Source: Strigamia acuminata (Eukaryota). From it: 64,000 bases of DNA. The stretch is taken from NCBI GenBank assembly GCA_949358305.1, contig OX442314.1, positions 6,324,001 through 6,388,000 of the forward strand, written 5' to 3'. Position numbers and translations under genes: made by a program. Below the pieces are notes generated by a model. It saw only the letters and a program-made list of their open reading frames with translations, was not told where the DNA came from and made no database searches. Below are positions 12,154 to 24,792 of this stretch, piece by piece. Numbering within the stretch: the first letter of the stretch is position 1; each line of letters starts with the position of its first letter.

Positions 12154-12944
12154 CTCCCTCTGTCCCAAATTATGGTATACATTTCTCTAAAAAATTCTTG
12201 ATTATCGTTGGTTTTGTGTATTTCTAAGATATTTTAACTGAATATCCTTCAAAATTAAGTGTGTTTGCTAACCAATGGATTGCATTATGGGTAATTAGTT
12301 TTATCATTCCATTATTGCTGAGTTGCATCTTCTCAAAATGCACTCAAAATTAAGTGACACCTGTTGTGCTTAAAGTAAAGTGAAAATGAATTCGAAAAAT
12401 GGCTGTTTCCAAAGAAAATGACAAAATAGAATAAATTAACTGATAATCAGCGAAATTGTATACAACAGCTCTAGCTGAAACAAAGCATTGTTAGGAATAA
12501 GGCACCATTAATGAAATTTGCAGGCAAATTGAAATTACTCCACTAACTATTTCACGAATTCAGCGAGAAGTTAAAAAACAATACAATGAAGGACATATTC
12601 CTGCCAAAAGATAAACATAACAATGTATTTTTGATATTGCAATGTTGTATGGAGTCAGGGATGATAGCAAAGAATGGCAACAATTACAAAATTCACAAAT
12701 TCAGACCAATAATTACAAGTTATTGTTATGGAGTATTATTTATTGTTATTGTTTACTCTTTATTTTTTATTGTTATTATTTACTCCATATTATTTATTGT
12801 TTACTTAATTTATTTATAATTTAACTTATTTACATTAATTTTGCATTTTATAATGATAAAAATCAAATAAAACTTGAAATGTATACCATAATTTGGGACA
12901 AAAATAATAGTAGAAATGTATATCATAATTTGAGACAGAGAGAC
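12154..12944. mobile_element. Stowaway-like Tc1/mariner MITE
   Basis: TA TSD; TIR CTCCCTCTGTCCCAAATTATGGTATACATTTCT versus AGAAATGTATATCATAATTTGAGACAGAGAGAC; extra subterminal TIR copy at about 12876-12900. Confidence 0.8.
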
Positions 12945-13449
12945 TAGCATTTTTCTTGATTTTCGTATTCTGCTGTTATTCAGTTTCAAATTATTTCAAA
13001 ATTCCGCATTTATTCATTCCGCGGTAGATCAATTTAGTGAAAATGGGTACTGTGAATTAAAATTCATTCCGCGCTAATTATGAAACCCCCAACTGTTATC
13101 GTTACCAATCGACTCCATCATTTCCTACACTATATGTAACTACAATCCCCCCCCTTTAAGCGATTCATGTTTGTGTTAACACAAACTATACTATAAAAAC
13201 TTAATTCGAGTTTGTTACTAGACAACCATTAAGTGAAGATGTCTGCAATATTGATAAGACCAGGATGGCCATGATGTATGCGACGAAACGCAATACAACA
13301 CTGCCAGACTTTTACAGTTCGCTATAGTGGATGATTTATACAACCAATGTTAAAAAAATAATGGTGATGTTTCGTTTTTCAGTTTGGCCGTCCCTCTGCA
13401 TGTTTACTCAAGCAAACAAATACTTTGATCAAACTCATTCAGTAACTCT

Positions 13450-16400
13450 ATGAGTATAAATAGTTCCAAAATAATGGAGAAAGGTAATTTGATGTGGAGA
13501 TACAGAAGAGGGAAAAAACAACTGTGTCTGACAATTCACCGATTAATGAAGGATGATGCCAACAAACCCAACTGCGATATAATTGGGTTGGAAGATTTCG
13601 TCAACAGTAGGAAACATTGTAGCAAACATAACTTCTTTTGGCTGCTTTTATTCACATTCTGCACGTGCATGCTCACATATCAGACATACGACAGAATAAT
13701 GCATTACTTCAGTTATCCTACAGCTGTCGACGTAACGAGTAGATCAGAAAATGTTACTTTACCAGACTTAACGGTCTGTAGTTCAGATACAAAGAAAATG
13801 TATAGGCTATTGGAAGAAACTCGTATAGCAAATAAAGAAACATCAGTATCCATTTCATGCCGTGACATGCTTGAAAAACTAATGACAATTAAAAACCCAA
13901 CTTACGATATGGATACACTTTGGAAAGCAACTAACAATACTGATGACATCAACAGTGAAAAAATTAAAGTAAAAATTAAAATTAAAAAAGCAATAAAGAA
14001 ATTCAGTTAAAAATCACAATTTAAACTATTTGCATAGGGATATTCAAATACTACTGTTGTTCGAACGGAAATTGACAGTGTATTAGGAATATGCACAGCA
14101 TTTCGATTTGGTAACTACAAACAAGCATTTATCACTAGCTACATTGTTACACTAATATTATTCATTGGTATAGCTAAAGCTTCTAGCAAATCATTTGCCA
14201 GAAAGTTACTGACAGTAAATTTAAAAAAAAATTATGACTCGATATGCAATATGCCTAAATATTGGGTAATTTAATTCAATTACAATAGCAATTGCTACAT
14301 TAATTTTTTCCTCTTTGCCCTTAGATTTACCTGACATTCAATAATGTTGGAAATCACGTTATTCTATCAGGGATGTATCCTGGTTCAACAATTAAAATAA
14401 ATTTTAGTTGTAACAAAGTAAAGTTTTACCTAATGATTTGAAATTCGTGGGGAACACCTTTTAATGTTTTCAATTGTAGTTCATATTGCAAAATTCACCG
14501 ATCAGTTCTTGCTCTAACGAAGACGAATACAGAGAATGCTATCAGAATTGTTTACTTAACAAATTTAAAAAACTAAAATGCAGGTAAGAACATGTGGTGA
14601 AAATGCTTCTTGTTTGGTGTCACAATTAAACAGCTAATTAAATATATTCTATACAAGATTTCCGTTCATGAAGTTAGATTTGCCACTTTGCAAATCAACA
14701 AATGATACATATAAGATGTATTATCGTGTTTATAACTTGGTTAGATTAACAGAACCAATTGCTCATTGCGGATGTCAACGTCCTTGTCAACATATAACTT
14801 TCACACCACATACTGATTTCGGCAAAGCTAATAATAATAAAACGATAAGTTTATCATTAGCAATAACTAATGAGAAAGTCACTATTTATGAAGAACGGTA
14901 CACTTACGACGTTATTGCCTTACTATCAGATTTAGGAGGCAATCTGGGCCTGTTTCTTGGACTATCCGTAATCTCATTACCTGACATCATTTGGTATTTC
15001 TATTATGTTGCATCAAACATTCACCGAAAAAGATCCGTCAATAAGATTAGGCGTCTGTATGAAACGTGCAAAAAAAAAGTTGATGAGACTGAAGAGCAAA
15101 CCAAAATATACACAGTCTTAGAAAAGTTGAAGTTAATTTTCGTGTTGGTTGTTGCAGGATTTACTTTGTATTGCGTGCACATTCGTGTTAATTACTACCT
15201 TGATGAACCGGGCACAACAATCGTTAGAATAAGTGAACGACGTTACAACGACCTTCCTTCTGTCACAGTTTGTGGTGAAAAAATTAATGAAGAAATGCGC
15301 AAAGCCCGATTGCACTTACTTAAACAACCCAATAAAACTTGTGGCAACATATCACCCTGGCAATTGTTCAACAATAAATCGTCATTGCAAAACATCTGGG
15401 AATTGCTTAGTATCGATCTACTGTCTGCTGTTACCTATAATGAGAATGATGTAATATAACAAGTCATATTCCTCAAACAAAAACTAAACAATAAAAGTTT
15501 TATGTTTACAGATACCATCAACTAATTTTATTTCACTTCCATTTGGTAATTGTTCACAAATAAGGAATGGTAATTTGTAAAATTAATTTCTGATTTTAGT
15601 TAATTAATAGTTGTGTTCAAAGTCTACTTTTGAATTCTGGAATTTTTCAATGTTCCTATTTTTTTCAAAAATAATTGAACTGTAAAAATTGCTTTCCTGC
15701 AAAAGAATTTGAAAATTAATTCTGACCTTTTCGCTGTATTACAGATAAAACAAACCCCAAAACCACTAGGCTTGTCATTTTCTTCAGTAGATATCCAACT
15801 CCTTCAGAAGCTTGTGGTTCGCATCTAAAGGTGTGTAAAAAAATATTTTAACTCAAAATCACCTGAAATTTTGCACCCAAAACAAAATGTGTTAAATTGA
15901 CAGTCTCGGTGTCTTTTTAAGCAGCATTCTTAAATACAGTAAGATAACGAGAAAGTCTATTTATTCAAGCACAAAGACCCAATAAAAGTTCTTAGGATAA
16001 TCAAAAGCTGAAAAATGTTATAAAAACGGTTCGTGTTTGGTTCTGACACACACGTAATCTTAATTGTGAATAGAACAATATAAAAAATATTTTTTTTGCA
16101 CGTACAGTATGTGACTGGGTATGGTCTTACCCGCCATGGTATGGGGATTTACCACAACGGGAGGGACGCACCCTTCACGTAAGAACAAGACAGGGACGCA
16201 GATTGTTGGGTTATGGCCTTTAATCGTTGTTTAGGGGTTCGGTCACCTATCTCACTGTGCGGTAGTGCCGTTTGGCGCGCTACACGGGTGGTCGACCCAT
16301 CACACACGGAACCTAAGTCCCATGAGTGACGTGGTCGATCGCGTCAGACAAACATTCTGTCGTACTTACCTGTACGACCCATGTAGCCGCTCATGGAGGC

Positions 16401-17703
16401 TGCAGCAGGCACATCTTCCTGCTACTGAGCGTCACAGTGGTGAATGGTGAGAGCAGCAGAGTCAGCAGTTGAGTCTGCTGTGGTTGGGACCGTGGCAGCT
16501 CATCCGGGCACGTCTTCATCCTCGGCTCTCTCAGCAACATCTCTCTCTCAGCACACCACTCAGCTCCCTCCTCCCCTGCTACCGTCTTCACCTGCATAGT
16601 GCAGGATGGTGTTATATTCCAACCAATATTAGCAACTTAATTTTTTTGAACGAACGTCGTAGAAACATAATGTGTCTTGGCTGTATATGTATCTAAAACG
16701 AATTCAATTTGTACACCTAGAGGTGGGCAAGCGGTCACAAGTATTAATTATTAATAAAAATATTTTGGATTATGATAACACGCAGCTAATCATAAATAAT
16801 CAGGAAGAGGAAGCTAACATTTTGGCACCATTGACCATAAACTATGCCAGTGTCCACGACGTGGTACTTCGAGACGTTCAGGTAAAAAATGTAATAAATG
16901 AAATAAATGCTGATACTAAGAATCCTTTTACGGAATAGATCATACGAAGAAATACAAAGCGACATCCATGTGATGAGGACAAATGTGCTTATCTCAAGTG
17001 TAAAAATGCTTGCTGGGATAACAACGTATTTCGAGGTGTTAAGTGCAAGTATAGTTCACATTTCTTTTCATACATCATCTCCAATTTTATCCGATCTATT
17101 TTCTAAATGTCGACTGATCAGCCAATCTGCGGTCAGTTATCGGTTGGCAATGGGTCTTTGCACTAGCATTAACCATACACAAACTTGCTAACATGTTTTG
17201 ACATGATGGCGATTACAGATTCATTTGCTGCAGCACCAGATTGAATCTGTTCAAAAAACACCGAACCCTTTTTCAGCAGATAAACTGCAACCATTTGCGT
17301 CTTTGACCAATCTCCTCTTCATTTCAGATTACCATACATGGGAAAACCTAATTTGCCAGTTTGTAACACTACAAGTGCCGTAACTACCGCTCATTTCATG
17401 TATTTAAGCACCCTTGACTCTAATCAAAAACAATGCAAATGTCAACAACCTTGCAAACATATTTTTTACAAAATTACTTTTCGGGAAACTAAATTGTCAG
17501 CAGATGTCGACCCATTTCTAGTATTCCAATTTGGTGATAGCTCTGTAGAGATTGTAGAAGAGAAACAAGCATATCCAATATCTCAATTCTTAAGCGATTT
17601 CGGTAGCATTGTAGGACTGGGTTTGGGAATGTCACTACTCTCTTTGTATGATTGGATTTTAAAAACTTATAATTGGTATCGGGATCGAGATATGGGTCGT
17701 TAA
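13450..17703 (+). CDS. Tandem two-subunit DEG/ENaC (pickpocket-like) channel, paralog 1, about 799 aa (start ATG 13450 or 13474)
   Basis: Exons with GT-AG introns: 13450-13968, 14038-14110, 14174-14265, 14325-14417, 14480-14583, 14658-15450, 15512-15569, 15745-15830, 16786-16881, 16939-17048, 17328-17703 (2400 nt, no internal stop). Motifs: TM1+YFSYPT, LPDLTVC, GICTAF, Cys-rich thumb, C.C..PC, TM2 LLSDLGGNLGLFLGLS; then second TM1+YYLDEP, LPSVTVC, GNCSQI, thumb, TM2 FLSDFGSIVGLGLGMS. Confidence 0.9.
16110..16600 (-). mobile_element. LTR-like fragment (family C) in intron 8 of DEG/ENaC paralog 1
   Basis: Begins TGTGACTG, absent from the equivalent intron of paralog 2; shares blocks (GACCCRTCACACAC, TGACGTGGTCG, TGTCGTACTYACCT, CTCATGGAGG) with 37616-37900. 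Right boundary uncertain. Confidence 0.55.
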
Positions 17704-18966
17704 TTTACACTCTAATGAGTGTAAATAAAATATTACTAATATTAGCTAAGCACATATAAAAATATTTAAAATTAAAAATAAATCAATATTTAATCATCAC
17801 GAATTGTTAGTTCAACATGCAAAAATTATTATTGTCAAAGTCAGAGCCTGTCTCCAGGCCTATCAGCGCCCAGTGCAGTTTTTTGTGTGCCCTTCTAATT
17901 CCCTACGAACTTCATACATCATATTTATAAATTAATTATACACACATGTTTGAGGCGTCATATATTTATTTGAATGCTCAAAAAACTAAAACTATTTCTG
18001 TTTTCAATTGTATATTTAGTTGGTAACGTGTGTAAGTTTGTATTTTTACCTCTTGATGTAACGCATTTCAAATTATTGGTCAAAAATTGTTGTTATGACC
18101 AAATTAGAATGTACACTGCAGAAAACTTACACAATAAAAGCAAGTTAAGTACTAATCTAACCACACTTTTCAAATGTGGCAACTCACTTTCCTAGTGCAG
18201 TTTCTAAAATGTTTTAGTGTTGTAACCTACTGGTGTATCTATCATATTTCACGTAAATAAGACAATTTATAATGTACCGTACTGACATAATAGAAAAATA
18301 AAATAAAACTTATACATTTATATCCAGGCCCATTAATCTACATTTATTTTCATCTATTTTTGCTTTCGAATTTTTTTTGTCGAATTGCAATTCCTTACCT
18401 TATTTCTTGGTAACAGGTCAGATAGCTAAAACTCGCGAGTCATGTGACGGTTACTTACCGTGTGAAATTTAGAAATGGCGCTGGTGTTGGTTGTGTTTGT
18501 AGATTTGCGACAAACTATTTGTGTTAATTATCTCTGTTGTACGTTTCCGGATTAGTACAACTTGCGCGTTATCTTGCGGCGCCATTTTGTTTTTGGCTTT
18601 CATCACGTACAGCCGTGGAGCCAGCCGAGTACCGTGCATATGAGTTGATGCACGCTGCATTATCGATTCGACGAGGGAATACGTCGAAACGACGGTATAT
18701 TTTGGATCGTTTTCGTGCAAAGTCAGCACAGAAGCCATCGCACGAAGCGAATTTCTCGTCAGCGGCCATTTTTCGTCAAAATAGGTGAAAAACAGCGTTT
18801 GGACATTTATTTGCTCAGCGAGAAGTCCTGTGTGGGTTAAACGTGCACACAGGCACACTGCTAGAAGACCTGCTGCGGGTTAAACATTTTTGTTTGTGGC
18901 AGTAAAAATCCTTTCGTTCCTGCAAAGATGTTTGGTGTTTGAATTCATCTAACAACAAGTTCTCTC

Positions 18967-20127
18967 TGTGGTGACCCTGAAGTGTTTTTATTTATATTTG
19001 AAATAAACTAGTCACCACTAAAGAAATTGTATATTTTTATTCTATTTTGGTTTGGCATACGCCAATCCATAATTACATAATTAGGAGAAGAGAATTGTCC
19101 TTGCATATTCTCACCCCTATTTGGGGAAAATCCGAAGTGTGCCAAGCCTGCAGGTGCAGAATTATCACACTTAAATAATTATTTAATATGGCACACGCCA
19201 AAAGTGTGACTTGGGAGCGGAAATCCCTCAGGCACACTTTACCCTCTTTTGGGCTAAAACATTACATCAGAGTGATGATGGTGATGTAATACATCCTGTA
19301 TTGCACCAAAATCATCACTCTACGCATATTTTATGCGCAGGACCAGAGAGTGCATAAAAGCCCCAAATTTTGGCGGCTTGACTCACTCTCGACCACATCA
19401 CCAACAAGAACACAACATCACTGCTATGAAAAGGATTCAAAACCCATTACTTCAAGTATTGATAGTGTTAGTTTGGTGAGTTGAGACTTATCTTTGCTGT
19501 TTCCACTGTATTGACGATGGAACCAGCCTCATTTGCGCCTTGCGTGTAACCGACATCGTTGGTTACCCGCACTTATACGAATCTCGGGTAACGCCGAGAA
19601 AACCGCTCACTGTCGGTTGATTAGAGTCCCGTTGACTGGTTCCGTGACTCTCGTTCGCTGATACAGCACTCACGCTTGTTCGTGAACTATCGTGAATAAA
19701 CTGTAGACCACCTGCGAGCTTCCTCCGGAGTCTACAGTTTCCACCATCGTACGAACGGCGAAATTTGTCCCGGCAAGTTCGTCTTGCCATTTTTGGTGTA
19801 CGTGACAAACTCCGTTTGTCGCGCGCCAAAATAAAGCCTTTGTTTGGCGAGAGCATTGTCGCTCTCGCTATATTTCATTTCTATCTCTTTCTCAGTTAAA
19901 TTACTAGTCAAATTAATATTATTATCAGTATTATATTTATCTGTAATTCCACGAATAAATTCATTTGTATTTTTATTTCAATTCAAACGGCAGTTTTCAT
20001 TTCATTAAAATTACCCCTAGACACTATTTTACAGGCAGCCGAGTTTAAGTCCTATAAACGGCAGCTCAATTGCGGATTGACCGGTAAAAGTAAGTATTTT
20101 ACAGGTCGAAAACCCGGAGTCGCAACA
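18967..20127 (+). mobile_element. Solo LTR (family B, copy 2)
   Basis: TGTGGTGAC...GTCGCAACA termini, TSD TCTC, homologous to 9236-10587. Confidence 0.85.
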
Positions 20128-20217
20128 TCTCTCAGGACTTCAACAGAACATAATCTATTCCAGATCTATAGCTCGACCGGTAATGCAGGTTTATTTGTTA
20201 AGCAAACAATTGCACAC

Positions 20218-20800
20218 ATAATACGTCATTTTGTCTAAAAAAAATTGTTCGTTACAAAATATTAGATGCAAAGTAATTGAATGCACCTAGTGTATCATTC
20301 AGTTTATTTTACTGTACATTTAAGTGAAAATAGTCTGTTGATAAATGGAGCTCTGATAATAAGGTTGACGATGGTTCAACATGAGTCAATTTGTTTTTGC
20401 TCGCAGCGTTTGCGTAATAAACGACTGAAAAAGAAAAAAAAACACCATTTATGGCACAGATGGCAGGGGAAGAAATGGTTTATTTACATAATTATAGACA
20501 TTAAACAAGAAAGACATCTAGTCTCTGGATAATGATTTGGTTAGATAGTGTGCCAGAATTAATAGGTTTGATCACGAGTATCAAAATGAAAAGTAAAGAT
20601 GATCATTATTTACAATACATGATAATTTACGAAAACCACGAATTCAATCAGGGAAAGAAGTTGTTATTAGAGTCACCAAATTAAAAACAGTCGATTCTGA
20701 ACTGAGAACAGGTAAACAGCTAACTTTTCTTTATCTCCATAACAAGATCAAACTGAGGTAAAATCTCACAATTTTCAATAATTACAAGTTGTTTCCTATA
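20218..20800 (+). repeat. Segmental duplicate of the region upstream of DEG/ENaC paralog 2 (33971-34490)
   Basis: Near-identical colinear sequence starting ATAATACGTCATTTTGTCTAAAAAA at both loci. Confidence 0.9.
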
Positions 20801-21868
20801 CGTATATCAGTTTAAAATCTACAAGCAGTAGCTAAGATACAACTCAAAGACATGAAATTAGAATACACACCTCTGTCAAAACAAAAGTTGTGTTTGAAAT
20901 CACATCACACAAAAAATAATCAACATATAACCAAATGTTTATTTTTTCCAATACAATGAACAAAAAATGAATTAAATAAACAAAATTTCATGAAAATTGA
21001 TCAATTTTTTCAGAAGGTATCATGAAAAATGATTGGGCTCTGCAAGACACTAAATTAGAATCCTTAAGAATTAGAGGCATGAAATTAGAATATTTATCCT
21101 TAATATATTGTAGGTCTGCCATTTGCATTAATTACTGCCTAAATACATCTGGGCATAGATTCCACCTGGCCACTCTAATACTTGAACCAATCTTGAGTAA
21201 CTTTAGCTGAATGTGCCGGTGCTAAATCATGTTGAAATGAATAACCAGAAAAGCATCATCCCCGTCAAAAGTCCATCCATGAGAATATCTTTTATTTTCC
21301 AGCATTAATAGTACCCTCAACTAACAAGAGAGTGCTAATGCCCTTTGCAGCCATAGAACCCCACAGAACAACAGATGTGGGATGCTTCACTGTAGACCTC
21401 ACACATTTGTGAACATACTCCTCTCCTTTTCTTTGCCAGATTCTGGACCCAGAATCATCAAATGGTATACAAAATCAGGACTCATCTGACCAAATGACCT
21501 TTTTCCACTTTTCAACAGTCCATTTCATGTGTTTTCTTGCCCACAATAATCGTTTTCTTCGCTGTTTTGCATTAAGATGTGGTTTGCGTTTAGAAACTCG
21601 AGACTTGAATCCCATTTCTTTTAACCTTCTTAATGTTGTGTGAGTTGACACTTGGATTTTAGATGTTTGTTTCCATTCCTGAGTTATTTATTCAGCATTC
21701 TTGAACCTATTTTTCTTAACAATCTCACGAAGAGAGCTGTCCGTCCGTTTAGATGTTTTACAAGCGCGTTGTTTATATTTTTGCTGGTCAAAAATCTCAT
21801 CACCATTTGCCTTAAATTGTTTTATAACCTTTGACACAGTTGACTGGGAGCAAGGAATAGCTTTGGCG

Positions 21869-22509
21869 TGTGGTGATTCGGCATCACCTGAAGAAGTAAT
21901 TAGTAGATAATTATCGAGCTGCTAACCCTCGCCGCTAGGAGGTGTCAGAAACGTCGACTAGATTGACTAGTCTCGTGTTTCTGCGAACCTGCATAATCAT
22001 GATGATTTGCATATAACGTCATTTCCGGTTTAGATATAAGGCCGAAGCTTGACCGGAAACGACATTACAGTTATACCAATCTCAGCAAGAGCACCATCTA
22101 CCTCACCTTTCAGGCCGTTTCACGGATTGATCGAGGACCGGTGCCCGCTGACCATTTCAACTGTACAACAGCCACATTTATTTAGCGTAGCCAATCTACG
22201 CTAGAATAAATATCCGAACGACATTCGTTTAATTCGCACGAGAAAGCGAATTCTCGCGTGTTTATTATAACACGTGGAAATAACCCTAGACATCAAAACA
22301 GACCACGCGTAGGACTAAACAATTGGATCCGCCATTGTTTAGCGGCAACTCGTATTCGCAGCCGAATCCGAGGACCACCATAGGAATCATCTTATCTCAT
22401 ATTGTATTTAGTAAGGATTCTCAATAAAGTAGTATTTGAAGTATATCATATTTCCCGAGTGTTATCGTTATTATTTATTATCTTTTAACCACAAAGTCGA
22501 ATCACGACA
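21869..22509 (+). mobile_element. Solo LTR (family D) inserted in the Tc1-A transposase
   Basis: Inverted termini TGTGGTGATTCG...CGAATCACGACA, imperfect 4-bp TSD GGCG/GGCT; removing it restores the transposase HTH sequence; AATAAA near the 3' end. Confidence 0.8.
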
Positions 22510-22643
22510 GGCTGTGTCAATTTGCTTCAGTTTTTGTTGAAATAAAGTAATTATTTTGGTTTTTTCACGATTAGTTAAGTCTGATCGCTTTCCCATCTTG
22601 GATTCAATTTGAAGTGACATTGGCATAACAAATAATGACTATA

Positions 22644-24143
22644 CAACTCCTTGCCAAAAAAATGGAATAATCAATTTTTGACAATGCTTTTTCATTTTAT
22701 AATTGTAATTTGAAGACGCCCATACAAAATTATGAATCGTGCTTTTAGTATATAAAACTACAATTATTAAGCTACCATTTGGTCGAAACAGAACAATAAA
22801 ATCACTTCTGGTCGCTATTTTATTCAACTTTAAACACGGACAAAAAAATGGAATATTTTTTTTCCTGTGCCAAAAAAATAGAATAATCCAATAAAGTAAT
22901 TGAATTTTGCAAATTAGTATACGCTTTACGTTAGATGACGCCATACGTACATCGCCCACACACATCTAAATATGTCTCAGCATGTCTGGCCAGTGTGAAG
23001 TTCTAATTCATGACAAACATGGGTGGCAAAAAAGACTTGTCACCTGCGACGAGAAAAGTAATTCTAAAGTTCCATCAAGACAATAAAACGCAAGCAGAAA
23101 TCGCCAAGGCTGTTAACTGTAGCCAATCCACAGTGTCAAAAGTTCTCAAACAAGTCAATTCAAATCATGGACTCCACAACAACCGTGAAAATTGTGATAG
23201 AAAGCGCTCAACAACTGCCAAAGATGATCGAAAACTGTGCACAATTGTGAGGAAAAACCGATTTAAATCGACTTGACAATATCATAATATGTGGAAACAG
23301 GGAAATGTAGCTACTTCCCATCGCACAACTGTCCGTCGACTTCATGAACTGAACTTTAAAAGTTGTGCACCAAACGTAAGCCACTGTTAACACAGAAGCA
23401 ACGACAAAAACGAGTTAAGTGGACGTCGGAGGATTGGGCAAACGTAATTTTCAGTGATGAATCGAAGTTTTGTATTTCATATGGTGACCGGGGTGTCACT
23501 GTTTGGAGAACAAAGGATGAGGCATATCACCAAACAACTTTAAAGCAATGTGTGAAATTTCAGTGTAGTATGATGATATGGGGTTGTATGTGCACACGAG
23601 GTGTTGGGCACATGACAACCATCAAGGGGACTGTTAATTCTGAAGAATATCAAAAACTACTCGAATATTTCCTAATTCCATCCATTGAGGACCTTTTCTC
23701 CGATGATGATGATGCTGATGTCATTTTTCAGCTAGATTTGGCCTCTGCCCATGCTTCGAAATCAACCAAAGAATGGTTTGAAACACACAACTTCAATGTA
23801 CTTTCAGGCTGTCATTAAGGCAAGAGGATACCTGACCAAATATTAAGTTCTTTCCATGTGTATTTGATTATGTTTCAATAAAAATAATTACTTTATTGGA
23901 TTATTCTATTTTTTTGGCACAAGAAAAAAAATATTCTATTTTTTTGTCCGTGTTTAAAGTTGAATAAAATAGCAACCAGAAGTGATTTTATTGTTCTGTT
24001 TTGACCAAATGGTCGCTTAATAATTGTAGTTTTATATACTAAAAGCACGATTCATAATTTTGTATGGGCATCTTCAAATTACAATTATAAAATGAAAAGG
24101 CATTGTGAAAAATTGATTATTCCATTTTTTTGGCAAGGAGTTG
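22644..24143 (+). mobile_element. Tc1-like DNA transposon B nested in Tc1-A, with pseudogenised transposase (23010-23818)
   Basis: TA TSDs; about 260-bp TIRs CAACTCCTTGCCAAAAAAATGG; HTH (EIAKAVNCSQSTVSK), WANVIFSDESKF, MIWGCM, IFQLDLASAH; stop, frameshift and loss of the SPDLNPIE region. Confidence 0.92.
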
Positions 24144-24509
24144 TATATTCACTTTTTGAGCTTAGCTCATTAATTGCAGGTGAGTTTGGGATGATTACAC
24201 AGTATAAATTGCATTTCAGCTCAATATTCTAATTTCATGCCTCTAATTCTTGAGGATTCTAATTTAGTGTCTTGCAGGGCCCAATCATTTTTCATGATAA
24301 CTTCTGAAAAAATTGATCAATTTTCGTGAAATTTTGTTTATTTAATTCATTTTTTGTTCGTTGTATTGGGAAAAATAAACATTTGGTTATATGTTGATCA
24401 TTTTTTGTGTGATGTGATTTCAAACACAACTTTTGTTTTGACAGAGGTGTGTATTCTAATTTCATGTCTTTGAGTTGTACAATGCAGAATAATTATGCCA
24501 AGTAAATAA

Positions 24510-24792
24510 ACACCAAAGATTACGGAAACTACGTCCTGCAATTCAGTGATTGCTGAAGGACAATGAAAATAGACGTAGATGCAACTTAATTGGCTTAGAT
24601 GATTTTATCAATAGCAATCATTGTGGGATCAAACGTCGCTTGTTTTAGCTTCTTGTATTCTTATTTTGCACGTGCATGCTTACTTATCAGACGTATGATA
24701 GGATAATGCATTACTTAAATTATCCTACAGCCGTTGAGGTAACGAGTAGATCAGAAGAGGTCGTCCTTCCAAATTTGTTAATATGTAGTGGG
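24510..24792 (+). pseudogene. Truncated exon-1 fragment of a third DEG/ENaC paralog
   Basis: Translates to ...CNLIGLDDFINS...LF*LLVFLFCTCMLTYQTYDRIMHYLNYPTAVEVTSRSEEVVLPNLLICSG with in-frame stops; homology ends abruptly at about 24792. Confidence 0.88.

Larger units (their letters stand above)
20840..24477 (-). mobile_element. Tc1-like DNA transposon A (defective; hosts two nested insertions)
   Basis: TA TSDs; about 250-bp TIRs CAACTCAAAGACATGAAATTAGAATAC with internal direct repeats; minus-strand transposase remnants from about 22598 (MGKRSDLT...KVIWSDES...FQHDLAPAH) with an internal deletion near the C-terminus. Confidence 0.9.

Noticed and set aside
14668..15459. Double DEG/ENaC as an artefactual merge of two neighbouring genes
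   Set aside because: TM2 of unit 1 and TM1 of unit 2 lie in one stop-free exon, conserved in both paralogs; there is no intergenic space.
18410..18890. CpG-rich patch with short overlapping ORFs
   Set aside because: No termini, TSD or protein motif identified; left unannotated.
9236..20127. Two similar direct LTRs flanking DEG/ENaC paralog 1, suggesting a retroelement that captured the gene
   Set aside because: Each LTR has its own TSD (ACTT, TCTC), they are clearly diverged, and the gene retains introns: two independent solo LTRs.
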